64,000 nucleotides of DNA, taken from Spirochaetaceae bacterium (GTDB lineage: Bacteria; Spirochaetota; Spirochaetia; Treponematales; Breznakiellaceae). Below the pieces are notes generated by a model. The model worked only from the letters and a program-made list of their open reading frames with translations, had not been told where the DNA came from and made no database searches. Both the position numbers and the translations under genes were made by a program. Positions 17,811 to 28,433 of this stretch are shown here, one piece after another (the stretch's first letter is position 1; the number at the start of each line of letters is the position of its first letter). The stretch spans positions 1,582 to 65,581 of the forward strand of contig JAITJI010000101.1 of assembly GCA_031279015.1 (NCBI GenBank). Reading direction: 5' to 3'.

Positions 17811-19328
17811 ATGTATATAATTGATATGAATATAACCGAGAATATCTATGCTATCCTGGCGGATATTGTAGGATTGTCTATTTTTTCCGGGGTCAGGGAA
17901 CATCCCCTGCTCTTTTCGTTCAAGAATCTGCTGGAGGATATTACCAGTGACAAGTTCGACGAGTCCGCTTTTGATATTACCGATACATCCCTGGAGATCA
18001 TCCGTGACTGGGCTTGCTTTTCCGAAGTCTTTGTACAGTACCAGCAGGCTTATTCATTTTATCTGACCATGGTCTACCTGACCCTGACTGACGACAACCC
18101 CTATACCCGGGCTGCCGAAACCCCGGCTGTCCCGCCGCCGGTACTCTGCGCCATGGCTAAAACCGACCTTTCCCGGCTTGGCCGAATCGCCTCGTTCCCA
18201 ATTCACAACCTGGGGTTCCACATTGCCGAAACGTTGCGAAAATCCGGCCTTGAACAGTTGGCCCAGAATATTGAGGAAGAATCCCGGGTACTCTGGGCTG
18301 CGGAGGGCAGGAAAGCCCAGACCGAAGGAGCGGAAACGGCGCTCCGGATTTTCCCGGAAAATACCTCCTGGGGGACTTCCCTTCCCGCGCTTACGGAGCA
18401 TATCCGTACCCGGGGAGCGGGCCTTCCGGGTCTGTACACGGTCTTTCGCTGGATGCCGGAGGACCCGCTGCCGGTTTCAACCCCCTCATCCCTCATGTCC
18501 TTTACCATACCTTCCCCCAAATCCCTGATCTCTCAAGCCTTGATACCAGTCCGCAGTCCCGATCCTATCCGCCTTGCGGACCTCTACGGGTATGAGGATC
18601 AGCGTTCCGTGGTTGTGGCCAATACCCTCCGTTTTTTAGACGGGAAACCCGCCAACAACCTCCTTCTCTATGGGGATCGGGGGACGGGGAAATCCGTCAC
18701 CGTGAAGGCGGTATGCAACGAATATGCAGATCGGGGACTCCGGCTCCTGGAGATCCGCAAGTCCGATCTAAACCAGTTTCCATTTATCATGGAAGCCCTT
18801 GCCCCTCGATTCTGCCGTTTTATCATATTTATCGATGATCTTTCCTTTGAAACCGTAGACGATTCCTTCCGGGAACTGAAGACCCTTTTGGAAGGGGAAG
18901 TTGAAGCAAAATCCCCAAACGTGGTGATCTATGCCACCAGTAACCGCCGGCATCTGGTACGGGAAGGTTCTGCCGATCAGCCCATCGGCGGCATCCCCGG
19001 AGCCGGTGTCGAAGCCCGGGCCTTTGATACCGTGCAGGAGCAGCTTTCCCTGGCGGATCGCTTCGGTCTCACCGTGATCTACAACACCCCATCCCAGGAG
19101 GAGTACCTGCGGATAGCCGAATGCATCGCCCGGCGCCGGGGATTGCTGCCGGCGGAGGAGGGGGGATGTACCGGAGAAGATCCGGACAAAGGGCCTATCA
19201 CGGAGAAACGAAAGGCCTTTCGGGAAAACGCCCTTCGCTGGGAACGGTGGTTCAACGGCCGTTCCCCCAGGACTGCGGTACAATACGTGGACTGGGTCAC
19301 CGGCGGGGATGGCTTTCCCTGGGAATAG
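17811..19328 (+). CDS. DUF815-family P-loop ATPase with a roughly 270-aa N-terminal extension of unknown function
   Basis: LLLYGDRGTGKSVTVKAV (Walker A), FIIFIDDLSFE (Walker B) and IYATSNRRHL, a DUF815-like pattern. Lies 11 nt downstream of rnfB. Confidence 0.7.
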   Translation: MYIIDMNITENIYAILADIVGLSIFSGVREHPLLFSFKNLLEDITSDKFDESAFDITDTSLEIIRDWACFSEVFVQYQQAYSFYLTMVYLTLTDDNPYTRAAETPAVPPPVLCAMAKTDLSRLGRIASFPIHNLGFHIAETLRKSGLEQLAQNIEEESRVLWAAEGRKAQTEGAETALRIFPENTSWGTSLPALTEHIRTRGAGLPGLYTVFRWMPEDPLPVSTPSSLMSFTIPSPKSLISQALIPVRSPDPIRLADLYGYEDQRSVVVANTLRFLDGKPANNLLLYGDRGTGKSVTVKAVCNEYADRGLRLLEIRKSDLNQFPFIMEALAPRFCRFIIFIDDLSFETVDDSFRELKTLLEGEVEAKSPNVVIYATSNRRHLVREGSADQPIGGIPGAGVEARAFDTVQEQLSLADRFGLTVIYNTPSQEEYLRIAECIARRRGLLPAEEGGCTGEDPDKGPITEKRKAFRENALRWERWFNGRSPRTAVQYVDWVTGGDGFPWE

Positions 19329-19400
19329 TCCTGCTCCCCGGTTTTTGTACACAAGACGGACGTATTGCCAGATGCCCCCTCATAGGGTATAGTATCTGTC

Positions 19401-19976
19401 ATGGAGCGTATTCGCTGCCCCTGGTGTCTCGGAGACGCCGATTATATTAAATACCATGATACAGAGTGGGGACGGCCGGTAAAGAGCAGCCAAAAATTTT
19501 TTGAATTTCTGATCCTTGAAGGGGCGCAGGCAGGGCTTTCCTGGCTTACCATTCTGAAACGGCGGGAAGGGTACCGGGCAGCCTTTGACAACATGCAGGC
19601 CGACAAAATAGCCCGGTATGGGGAGCGGGACGTTGAAAGGCTTCTGGAGGACTCCCGGATTATCCGCAACAAGAGAAAGATCCTTTCCGCCATCCAAAAT
19701 GCCCGGGCTTACCTCAAAATAATGGAAGGCCCCGTTTCTTTTTCACAGTGGCTCAGGAATTGGGTAGACGGAGAACCCATTGTAAACCACTTCAAAACCA
19801 TGAAGGAGCTTCCTGCTTCAACCGAACTTTCGGAGAAGATGTCGAAGGAGCTGAAACGCCTGGGGTTCTCCTTTGTGGGTCCCACCATCGTATATGCTTT
19901 CATGCAAGCTACAGGTATTGTAAATGATCACCTTGTGGATTGCTACAGACATCCTGAGAATCTGCCGCGGAGATGA
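19401..19976 (+). CDS. tag: DNA-3-methyladenine glycosylase I
   Basis: RCPWCLGDADYIKYHDTEWGRPV...FEFLILEGAQAGLSW...IRNKRKI are classic Tag motifs. Confidence 0.9.
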   Translation: MERIRCPWCLGDADYIKYHDTEWGRPVKSSQKFFEFLILEGAQAGLSWLTILKRREGYRAAFDNMQADKIARYGERDVERLLEDSRIIRNKRKILSAIQNARAYLKIMEGPVSFSQWLRNWVDGEPIVNHFKTMKELPASTELSEKMSKELKRLGFSFVGPTIVYAFMQATGIVNDHLVDCYRHPENLPRR

Positions 19977-19982
19977 GGTAGT

Positions 19983-21044
19983 ATGGCAAAGCAGATATTG
20001 GTAGTGGATGATAACCTCACAAGCCTCAAACAAATAAGCGTCCAGCTTGCATCCCATTACGAAGTATCCCTTGCCAAATCCGGAGCCTTGGCGCTGCAAA
20101 TTTGCAGGTACGAAAAGCCGGATCTTATCCTCCTGGATGTAGAAATGCCCGAAATGGACGGGTTTGAGACCATACAACGGCTCAAGACCGACCCGGAACT
20201 CAGCCCCATACCGGTTATCTTCCTTACCGGGAATCACGATTCCGGAACGGAGATCCGTGCCCTGGAGTCCGGAGCCATGGATTTTATCACCAAACCGGCC
20301 AACAGGGAGATTTTGTTCCACCGGATCGAACTCCACCTCCAGTTTTCCGCCTATCAAACCTCCCTGGAACGTACAGTAATGGAGCTGGAGAACAATATCG
20401 TCACCTCCTTTGCGGAACTTATCGAGTGTAAAGACAGCAATATGGGGGGACATATACTGCGGGCGAGCAAGTGTGTGGAGATCATCGGCCGGCAGCTATT
20501 AAAGACCAAGGTCTTTGGCGGAGAGCTTACCGAAAACGATCTGACCATGATCGTCCGGGCTACGCCCTTTCATGATATCGGTAAAATCGGCATCAGTGAT
20601 ATATTGCTTCTCAAAAAAGGGAGCCTGACCGAAGATGAATTCAGGGAAGTGCAAAAGCATACCACTATCGGCGCCCAGTTTCTTGAGAAGATACACGCCC
20701 GTACCCCGGAACAGCATTACCTCAAATTCGCCAAGCAGATAGCTGAAAGTCACCATGAACGGTACGATGGTACGGGTTATCCCAACGGTCTTGTGGGGAA
20801 TGAAATACCTCTCTGCGCCCGGCTCGTTGCGGTGGCGAATGTTTTTGACTCCTGCCTGACCGACCGGGTCTACCGCAAGGCGCCGGGTTACGAGGCAGCC
20901 TGCCGGCTTATCGCCGAGGGGCGGGGCGGCGCCTTTGATCCCCTGGTGGTAGATGCCTTTGAGGCGGTTAAGGATAAACTGGCCGATCTGCAAAATGCCG
21001 CTTCGCTGGTTTTGTACAATCAGGGAAGGAATTCCGTAGCATGA
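19983..21044 (+). CDS. response regulator with HD-GYP c-di-GMP phosphodiesterase domain (RpfG-like), paralogue 1
   Basis: REC: ILVVDDN...DLILLDVEMPEMDG...LTGNHD...KP. HD-GYP: PFHDIGKIGISD...HHERYDGTGYPNGL. Confidence 0.9.
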   Translation: MAKQILVVDDNLTSLKQISVQLASHYEVSLAKSGALALQICRYEKPDLILLDVEMPEMDGFETIQRLKTDPELSPIPVIFLTGNHDSGTEIRALESGAMDFITKPANREILFHRIELHLQFSAYQTSLERTVMELENNIVTSFAELIECKDSNMGGHILRASKCVEIIGRQLLKTKVFGGELTENDLTMIVRATPFHDIGKIGISDILLLKKGSLTEDEFREVQKHTTIGAQFLEKIHARTPEQHYLKFAKQIAESHHERYDGTGYPNGLVGNEIPLCARLVAVANVFDSCLTDRVYRKAPGYEAACRLIAEGRGGAFDPLVVDAFEAVKDKLADLQNAASLVLYNQGRNSVA

Positions 21045-22060
21045 ATAAAATTCTGGTAGTAGATGATAACCTCGCAAGCCTTAAACAGATAGGCGCTCAG
21101 CTTGAGGAGTGTTACGATGTTTCCCTGGCCAAGTCCGGCGCCATGGCCCTGCAGATCTGTATGCAGGAAAAACCGGATCTGATCCTCCTGGATATCGAAA
21201 TGCCTGAAATGGACGGGTTTGAAACCTTAAAGCGGCTCCGGTTGAACCAGTACCTGGGGAGCATTCCCGTTATTTTTCTCACCGGGAACCACGACATAGA
21301 AATGGAAGTTCGGGGATTACAGTCGGGAGCCCGGGATTTTATTACCAAGCCAATTGAAAAAAGCATTCTGATCCACCGGATAGAACTGCACATCCGTTTT
21401 TCTTCCTACCAGACTCATCTTGAAAATACGGTAGCAAAACTGTCGGAGAGTGTAGCCCTCTCCTTTGCGGAACTCATTGAATGCCGGGATGAAAATACCG
21501 GTGAGCATGTGGCCCGGACCAGTAAGTATGTGGGCATGCTGGGTAAACAGCTTATCAAGAAAGGATTGTTTCCGGACGAGCTTACCCTCACGGACCTGGA
21601 TATGGTGGTGCGCGCCGCCCCCCTCCACGATATCGGGAAGATAGCTATCAGCGATCAGATACTCCTTAAACCGGACCGGCTGGATGATGAGGAATTCGCC
21701 ATCATGAAGCGGCATACCCTTATCGGCGGGGAACTCCTGGAAAACATGATCGTCCGCACCCCCACCCAGTATTACCTCCGGTACGCCAAAATGATCGCCC
21801 TTTCCCACCATGAACGTTTTGACGGAAAGGGTTACCCTAAGGGCCTCACAGGGGATGATATTCCCCTCTACGGACGGATCATGGCGGTGGCTGATGTATA
21901 CGACGCCCTGGTGGCTAACCGGGTTTACCGCCGGGGGATGAGCCATGCCGAAGCATGCCGTATCATTCTGGACGGATGGAATAAAAATTTTGACGGCAGA
22001 ATAGTGGAAGCCTTTAATGACATCAATGACAAATTGGCAGAGGCGGCTAATAAAACTTGA
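21041..22060 (+). CDS. response regulator with HD-GYP domain, paralogue 2
   Basis: Same architecture as paralogue 1: PLHDIGKIAISD...HHERFDGKGYPKGL. ATGA overlap with paralogue 1. Confidence 0.9.
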   Translation: MNKILVVDDNLASLKQIGAQLEECYDVSLAKSGAMALQICMQEKPDLILLDIEMPEMDGFETLKRLRLNQYLGSIPVIFLTGNHDIEMEVRGLQSGARDFITKPIEKSILIHRIELHIRFSSYQTHLENTVAKLSESVALSFAELIECRDENTGEHVARTSKYVGMLGKQLIKKGLFPDELTLTDLDMVVRAAPLHDIGKIAISDQILLKPDRLDDEEFAIMKRHTLIGGELLENMIVRTPTQYYLRYAKMIALSHHERFDGKGYPKGLTGDDIPLYGRIMAVADVYDALVANRVYRRGMSHAEACRIILDGWNKNFDGRIVEAFNDINDKLAEAANKT

Positions 22061-22153
22061 GGGGCGTATCCCGGGGCGCCATCCAGGTTTTTAGGGCAAC
22101 GGGATTTCTGCGGGACCCCCGGCTTTCCTGCAATCTTCCGGCAATATGCCGGC

Positions 22154-24640
22154 ATGGAGAAAAATATGACAAAAAAATTACAGCTGCTGTTGAACAAATA
22201 TATCATGTCCGACATATTACCCTTTACCGTCAGGGTGTTTAATCTGGTCGTCGGCATTGCTATACTTGCAACTATAGTCGCCACAATTGTAACCATTATT
22301 CTTACCCCGTCTGCACAACAGATCATTACCCTGCTTCTCCTGGTGACGATTACCCTTTTGATCTTCTATGTCTGCAACCGGTATCAAAAATACCGGTTAG
22401 GGGCATTTCTGCTTATAGGAATTGCAGGGTTTATTTTTGTTCCCATCATGTACCTAATCTCCGGGGGTATTAAAAGCGGCATGCCCATATACTGGGTTAT
22501 GATAATCCTCCTCATGTTTTTTATCTTTGAAAAAAAAGACTGCTTTATTATGGTATCGTTAGAGATCCTTTTGTTGGTCATTATCGTATACGTCGATTAC
22601 CGCTATTCCGCATGGTTCCCCAATCCGCTGGATTCGGAGTTTTTGGTTGTGGTGGACAATGTCCAGGCCATGTTTATCGTCAGCGTGTTTCTGGGAATGA
22701 CCATCAAATTTCAAAACTATGTATACAACCAGTCAAAGGCAAAGGCAGAATCCGCTTCCCAGGCAAAAAGCGCTTTCCTTGCCACCATGAGCCACGAGAT
22801 CCGTACACCCCTCAATGCGATCATCGGTCTTTCGGAGATACAACTGCAAAAAGATCTGCCCCCGGATGTCCACGACGATCTGGAAAAGATATACACTTCC
22901 GGGTCTACCCTGCTAAGGATCATCAATGACATTTTGGATATTTCCAAGATCGAAGCGGGCAGTCTCGATCTTATTCCGGTGGAATACGATACCCCCAGCC
23001 TGATCAACGACACGATACAGCTCAACATCGTGCATATCGGTTCAAAACCCATTATCTTTTACCCGGATATCGATGAAAACATACCGATCCGGCTCTTTGG
23101 CGATGAACTACGGACAAAACAGATACTGAACAACCTTCTCTCCAATGCCTTCAAGTACACCCGGGAAGGGTCGGTAACCTTGCGGATCAAATGGGAACAG
23201 CGGGGAAATGATTCCTACATCATATTTATCGTAGAAGACACCGGACAGGGCATCAAACCGGATGATATAGGGAAACTCTTTTCAGAGTACAGCCAGCTGG
23301 ATACCCGGATGAACCGGATGATCGAGGGGACCGGACTGGGCCTTTCCATCACCAAGCGGCTTACGGAAATGATGGGGGGCACTATCACCGTGGAGAGTGA
23401 ATACGGCAAGGGCAGTGTCTTTACCGTGGAACTGCGGCAGGAAGTCATCGACGGCCGGCCCATCGGAAAGGATCTGGCGGAGGGTCTCATGTCCTTCCGA
23501 TTTATCGAAAACCGGTGCAGCCGGAGCAAAAATCTGGTACGTTCCTACATGCCCTATGGGAAGGTACTGGTGGTGGACGATGTGATCACCAATCTTGATG
23601 TGGCCCGGGGTTTGATGCTGCCCTACGGTTTTTCCATAGACTGCGTTAACAGCGGGCAGGAAGCCATAGACCGCATCCGGAACGGGGCGGTACAGTACGA
23701 CGTGGTATTCATGGATCACATGATGCCCGGCATGGACGGTATTGAGGCAACACGGATCATCCGTACGGAAATCGGTACGGAGTATGCCAAAACCGTACCC
23801 ATAATAGCCTTGACTGCTAACGCCCTGGCGGGTAATGAAGAGATGTTTCTTGAGGCAGGTTTCAGCGCCTTTATTGCAAAACCCATCGACATCATGCGGC
23901 TGGATGTAATACTAAACCAGTGGGTACGGGACCGGCAGAGCAACGAAACCCTCCGGAAAGTGGAGCAGCAGTTGGCGGACAAAGATGTCACGGAGACCGG
24001 AAAAACCGGTGATAGTCCGGAACAAAACATCGCCGAATTTCTGCGGCAGGCCCGGATAGAGGGGCTTGACATAACTACAGGGATTCAACGCTATAGAAGC
24101 GAGGAGATCTATCTGCGGATCCTCCGCTCCTACGTACTCCATACCCCGGAACTGCTGGAAAAACTCCGGAGACTCTCCCGGGAAACGTTGCAGGACTATG
24201 GCGTGACGGTCCACGGCATCAAGGGGGCGAGTCAGGGCATCAATGCAGACGGGATCGGCAAGGAGGCGGAAATCCTGGAACATGCGGCAAAGACCGGGGA
24301 CTACGGGCAGGTAAATGAAAAGAATGCTGCCTTTATCTCCAGGACGGAAACCCTGGTTGCCGCCATAGATGAACTTCTGCAACGTTTCGCCGATCAGAAT
24401 CTTCCCCGGCAGAAGCTGGCCGTTCCTGATAAGGCGCTGCTCAATAAACTCCTCACAGGCTGCAAACATTACAAGTCCGCAATGATGGAAGCGGTCATGA
24501 ACGAACTTGAGTCTTATGACTATGAAACCGGTGGAGATCTGATACCATGGCTGCGGGAACAGCTTGACAATCTGGAATACGATGCCATAAGGGAGCGGCT
24601 GGAAGGGTTATCCGCTGATAAGACAGAAGAAGGAGCGTAA
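22154..24640 (+). CDS. hybrid sensor histidine kinase: polytopic N-terminus, HisKA, HATPase, REC, HPt
   Basis: 828 aa. [41 protein letters not shown], and HPt [11 protein letters not shown]. Confidence 0.9.
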   Translation: MEKNMTKKLQLLLNKYIMSDILPFTVRVFNLVVGIAILATIVATIVTIILTPSAQQIITLLLLVTITLLIFYVCNRYQKYRLGAFLLIGIAGFIFVPIMYLISGGIKSGMPIYWVMIILLMFFIFEKKDCFIMVSLEILLLVIIVYVDYRYSAWFPNPLDSEFLVVVDNVQAMFIVSVFLGMTIKFQNYVYNQSKAKAESASQAKSAFLATMSHEIRTPLNAIIGLSEIQLQKDLPPDVHDDLEKIYTSGSTLLRIINDILDISKIEAGSLDLIPVEYDTPSLINDTIQLNIVHIGSKPIIFYPDIDENIPIRLFGDELRTKQILNNLLSNAFKYTREGSVTLRIKWEQRGNDSYIIFIVEDTGQGIKPDDIGKLFSEYSQLDTRMNRMIEGTGLGLSITKRLTEMMGGTITVESEYGKGSVFTVELRQEVIDGRPIGKDLAEGLMSFRFIENRCSRSKNLVRSYMPYGKVLVVDDVITNLDVARGLMLPYGFSIDCVNSGQEAIDRIRNGAVQYDVVFMDHMMPGMDGIEATRIIRTEIGTEYAKTVPIIALTANALAGNEEMFLEAGFSAFIAKPIDIMRLDVILNQWVRDRQSNETLRKVEQQLADKDVTETGKTGDSPEQNIAEFLRQARIEGLDITTGIQRYRSEEIYLRILRSYVLHTPELLEKLRRLSRETLQDYGVTVHGIKGASQGINADGIGKEAEILEHAAKTGDYGQVNEKNAAFISRTETLVAAIDELLQRFADQNLPRQKLAVPDKALLNKLLTGCKHYKSAMMEAVMNELESYDYETGGDLIPWLREQLDNLEYDAIRERLEGLSADKTEEGA

Positions 24641-24641
24641 C

Positions 24642-25637
24642 ATGGAAACGGATGACAAAAGGGAACATCTTTTCTTTTTCAATCCAAATTCTTTTCCGCG
24701 TCAGGCCGATTTAGACAGGATTCGGTCTCAAATAACGGCCTACTTTGAACATTCCGGCAATTCCGCCTATTCTATCCATGTTTCACGGTATCCCCGGGAT
24801 GCCATCAGCGTTATCAGAAAGCGGATAACCCAAATTGATACGGCGGTAACCGTCAGGGTTTACGCCATAGGGGGCGACGGGATCCTCTTTGACTGCCTTA
24901 ACGGTATTATCGGCATCCCCAACGCGGAACTTGCCATCATGCCCTTTGGCGGAGGCAGTGATTTTGTACGGGCCTTTGGGCTTGAGCATTATGAACAATT
25001 CAGGAACATCGCATTACAGGTTGCGGCCCCGGCTATTCCAACGGATATTATCCACTGCGGAAACAACTGTGCCCTGAACTTTTGTACCGTTGGCCTTGAA
25101 GCTGTTTCAGTGTTAAAAACCCTGTCCCTGAGCAGATACTTTGTAAACTTTCGGAGTATCTTTCCTTCATTAACCAGCCTGTTGTATAATCTGGGAGGAA
25201 TCCTGGCGACCTTTGAAACGGCCTCCTTCGGACAGTGGTATACGATAAACGCCGACGGGGAAGATATAAGCGGCGTCTATACCATCATCAACATCGCCAA
25301 CGGCCCCTATTATGGGGCAGGCAAATCTGCGGTTACCACCGCCGTGCCGGATGACGGAATCCTGGACATGATAACGGTGGGGGATACCTACAGAATACAG
25401 ATAGTGGGGCTGATGTCCGATTATATGCATGGAGGATACTATAAATATCCAGACATGGCTTCTCTGCGGCGGGTAAAAAAAGTTTCCATCCGTTCGGATA
25501 CTCCCCTGACGGTCAATTTGGACGGCGAGACATTTTTTGAATCCGACCTTTCCGTAGAAATCATGCCCGGGGAGGTGAAAATTGCCGCAGTTAACAGTTT
25601 GTCTTATCAGATGAAGGCGGTGTTCCATGGGCAGTAA
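24642..25637 (+). CDS. diacylglycerol-kinase-catalytic-domain lipid kinase (YegS/BmrU-like)
   Basis: 331 aa. VYAIGGDGILFDCLNGI and MPFGGGSDFVRAFG are the DAGK_cat nucleotide-binding motifs. 1-nt gap from the upstream HK and 11-nt overlap with the downstream HK. Confidence 0.8.
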   Translation: METDDKREHLFFFNPNSFPRQADLDRIRSQITAYFEHSGNSAYSIHVSRYPRDAISVIRKRITQIDTAVTVRVYAIGGDGILFDCLNGIIGIPNAELAIMPFGGGSDFVRAFGLEHYEQFRNIALQVAAPAIPTDIIHCGNNCALNFCTVGLEAVSVLKTLSLSRYFVNFRSIFPSLTSLLYNLGGILATFETASFGQWYTINADGEDISGVYTIINIANGPYYGAGKSAVTTAVPDDGILDMITVGDTYRIQIVGLMSDYMHGGYYKYPDMASLRRVKKVSIRSDTPLTVNLDGETFFESDLSVEIMPGEVKIAAVNSLSYQMKAVFHGQ

Positions 25638-28380
25638 AAAGCATGCTCTTTTGGAAAAAAGCAGTGATCTCCGCTACTTTAAACTTGCAAATGGATTGGC
25701 AGTCCTTTCCATTTGTATCTTTGGACTTTTCGACAGCCTCACCTATATAGAAAAGGGAGACTACGAAAATATGATAAAAATGATTATTTTTGTGGGCATT
25801 GCAGCAGCCCTCCTCTTTCTGGTATTATGGGTTGCCGGAAACACCCGCCGTATTGCCCTTCTGGCACCCCTCGTTGTATTCGCCGTCTACACCACAGGCT
25901 CTGTGGTAATAAGAAACTTCAATCATTATTTTAACATCTACCTTGCTCTCTGTGCCCTTGCGGGGGTATACTTCCAGCCCAAGAGCATGCTGTATTTCCT
26001 CATCCTTACCAACGGCGTCATTTTATGCATGATGATCGGAGGTGTCTTTATCGGCAAGGAATCCGAAAATGTTCTGATTAATGAACTCATCACCAATTGG
26101 GGTATGGCGATCTGCGGATCCATATTTATTTACATGATTACGAATTTTGCCCGGAACAGAACCTCCGCATCGGTAAAAGCGGAAGACACTTTTACTACCC
26201 TCATAGCGACAACTCCCAATCTTATCGCCATAGTGGATGAACACAACTGTATCACCTACATCAGTAAACCTCTGGCGGAATTTGCCCATATAAAAAACCC
26301 CGCACTGCCTGTTGGACGGCCAATTCTTGATCTCTTTGGGGAGATGACTATTAAAATGATGATAGCGGAAATACTGGAGAGTAAAGGCCCCTACGAGAGT
26401 ACCAAGGAGATAATCCATGACGGAAAATCCCGGCATTTCAAAATAATTTCCGATAAACTGACAGGAGAGACAAAGGGCACTTTTATCGATATAAGCGATA
26501 TTACTTCAGTGGTACAGTCCAAACTGGAAGCGGAAGCGGCAAGCCGGTCCAAGAGCGCTTTTCTGGCAACCATGAGCCACGAGATCCGCACGCCTCTCAA
26601 CGCGATCATCGGTCTTTCGGAAATTGAATTACAAAAAAAACTGCCCCCGGAAACCCACGAAGATCTGGAAAAAATCTACAGTTCCGGTTCCGGTCTTTTG
26701 GGGATCATCAATGATATCCTTGATATTTCAAAAATCGAGTCGGGAAGTTTCAATCTTATCCCGGTAGAATACGATACCCCCAGCCTGATCAACGACACGG
26801 TACAGCTCAACATCGTCCGTATCGGTTCAAAACCTATCAACTTTGAACTGGATCCGGATGAAACCCTTCCTTCCCGTTTCTGGGGTGACGAACTGCGGGT
26901 TAAGCAGATCTTGAACAACCTGCTATCCAATGCCTTCAAATATACCCAGGAGGGAAAGGTGGTCCTGCGGATCCACTGGGAGCCGAAGGAATCCGATGCT
27001 ATGCTCCGCTTTGTCGTAGAGGATACCGGCAGGGGCATCAAAAAAGAAGACATGGACAAACTCTTTGCCGAATACAGTCAGCTTGATACCAGGGCAAACC
27101 GTAAAATTGAAGGAACCGGTCTTGGACTTTCCATCACAAAAAAACTTACCGAGATGATGGATGGTACAATAACTGTTGAAAGCGAATATGGCAGGGGCAG
27201 CATCTTTAGCGTGCATCTACGGCAAAAAATTGCCGACAAAAATCCTATTGGCAAGACGATAGCGGAACACCTCAAAAGCTTCCGGTTTAGAAATGACAAA
27301 CGCAGCCTGGGGAAAAATTTGATCCGCTCCTATATGCCCTACGGGAGAGTCCTGATAGTGGACGATGTGGCAACCAATCTGGATGTTGCCCGGGGGCTTA
27401 TGATGCCCTATGGACTTGTTATCGACTGTGCATCCAGCGGCAGGGAAGCCATTGAGAAGATCCGGGAAGAGAAGACACGCTATGACCTGGTATTTATGGA
27501 TCACATGATGCCGGAAATGGACGGCATCGAAGCGACCCGGATCATCCGTAATAAAATCGGTACAAAGTATGCAAAAAATGTACCAATTATTGCACTTACC
27601 GCCAACGTGATTGCGGGCAATGAAGAGATGTTCCTCTCCAGTGGTTTTAACGCCTTTATCTCAAAACCCATCGACATCATGCGGCTTGATACCATGTTAA
27701 ACCAGTGGGTACGGGACAAACAAACTGAAGAGATTCTGCAGCAGGCGGAACAGCTCAGGATGGAAATGTCCACTGCTGAAGCGGAACTGGAGGCGATCCT
27801 CCTGGACACCTACGGAACAAAGGGAATAGACTTTGACGCAGGGATTGAACGGTACGGGAACGAAGCTGCATACATTACGGTACTCCGCTCATATACCATA
27901 CACACTCCGGAACTACTAACAAAACTGCGGTCCTTTTCTCCGGATGCCCTGCCGGATTACGCCGTAACAGTGCACGGTCTCAAGGGCGCAAGTTATGGCA
28001 TCTGCGCCGATGTCATCGGCAGACAGGCGGAAAAGCTGGAGTACGCCGCCAAGGCTGGGGACTATGACACGGTGAACGAGGAGAACAATGCCTTTATCGG
28101 CAAGGTTGAGACCCTCCTGGTGGATCTGAAACAACTGCTGGAAAGCGCTGCGAAAAAGGGTCCCCAAAAACAGCGGATCGCCGCCCCGGATAGGGCTCTG
28201 CTTGAAAAATTGCTGGACGCCTGCAAACGGTTTAAGCCCCTCATCATGGAAGAAATTTTATTGGAGCTTGAAGGATACGAATATGAATCCCGCGGGGAAT
28301 TGGTAGCGTGGCTACGAGAACAGATAGACAATCTGGAATACGAGGCAATCCGGAAACGCCTTGAAGCCTCCGCATCCTGA
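25627..28380 (+). CDS. hybrid sensor histidine kinase: polytopic N-terminus, PAS, HisKA, HATPase, REC, HPt. Close paralogue of 22154-24640
   Basis: 917 aa. Identical H-box context [38 protein letters not shown], and HPt VHGLKGASYGI. Confidence 0.9.
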   Translation: MGSKKHALLEKSSDLRYFKLANGLAVLSICIFGLFDSLTYIEKGDYENMIKMIIFVGIAAALLFLVLWVAGNTRRIALLAPLVVFAVYTTGSVVIRNFNHYFNIYLALCALAGVYFQPKSMLYFLILTNGVILCMMIGGVFIGKESENVLINELITNWGMAICGSIFIYMITNFARNRTSASVKAEDTFTTLIATTPNLIAIVDEHNCITYISKPLAEFAHIKNPALPVGRPILDLFGEMTIKMMIAEILESKGPYESTKEIIHDGKSRHFKIISDKLTGETKGTFIDISDITSVVQSKLEAEAASRSKSAFLATMSHEIRTPLNAIIGLSEIELQKKLPPETHEDLEKIYSSGSGLLGIINDILDISKIESGSFNLIPVEYDTPSLINDTVQLNIVRIGSKPINFELDPDETLPSRFWGDELRVKQILNNLLSNAFKYTQEGKVVLRIHWEPKESDAMLRFVVEDTGRGIKKEDMDKLFAEYSQLDTRANRKIEGTGLGLSITKKLTEMMDGTITVESEYGRGSIFSVHLRQKIADKNPIGKTIAEHLKSFRFRNDKRSLGKNLIRSYMPYGRVLIVDDVATNLDVARGLMMPYGLVIDCASSGREAIEKIREEKTRYDLVFMDHMMPEMDGIEATRIIRNKIGTKYAKNVPIIALTANVIAGNEEMFLSSGFNAFISKPIDIMRLDTMLNQWVRDKQTEEILQQAEQLRMEMSTAEAELEAILLDTYGTKGIDFDAGIERYGNEAAYITVLRSYTIHTPELLTKLRSFSPDALPDYAVTVHGLKGASYGICADVIGRQAEKLEYAAKAGDYDTVNEENNAFIGKVETLLVDLKQLLESAAKKGPQKQRIAAPDRALLEKLLDACKRFKPLIMEEILLELEGYEYESRGELVAWLREQIDNLEYEAIRKRLEASAS

Positions 28381-28433
28381 AGCTTTGACGGATTTTATCA
28401 AGATTTAGTCCGTATGAGGCCTGAAGACTCTTT

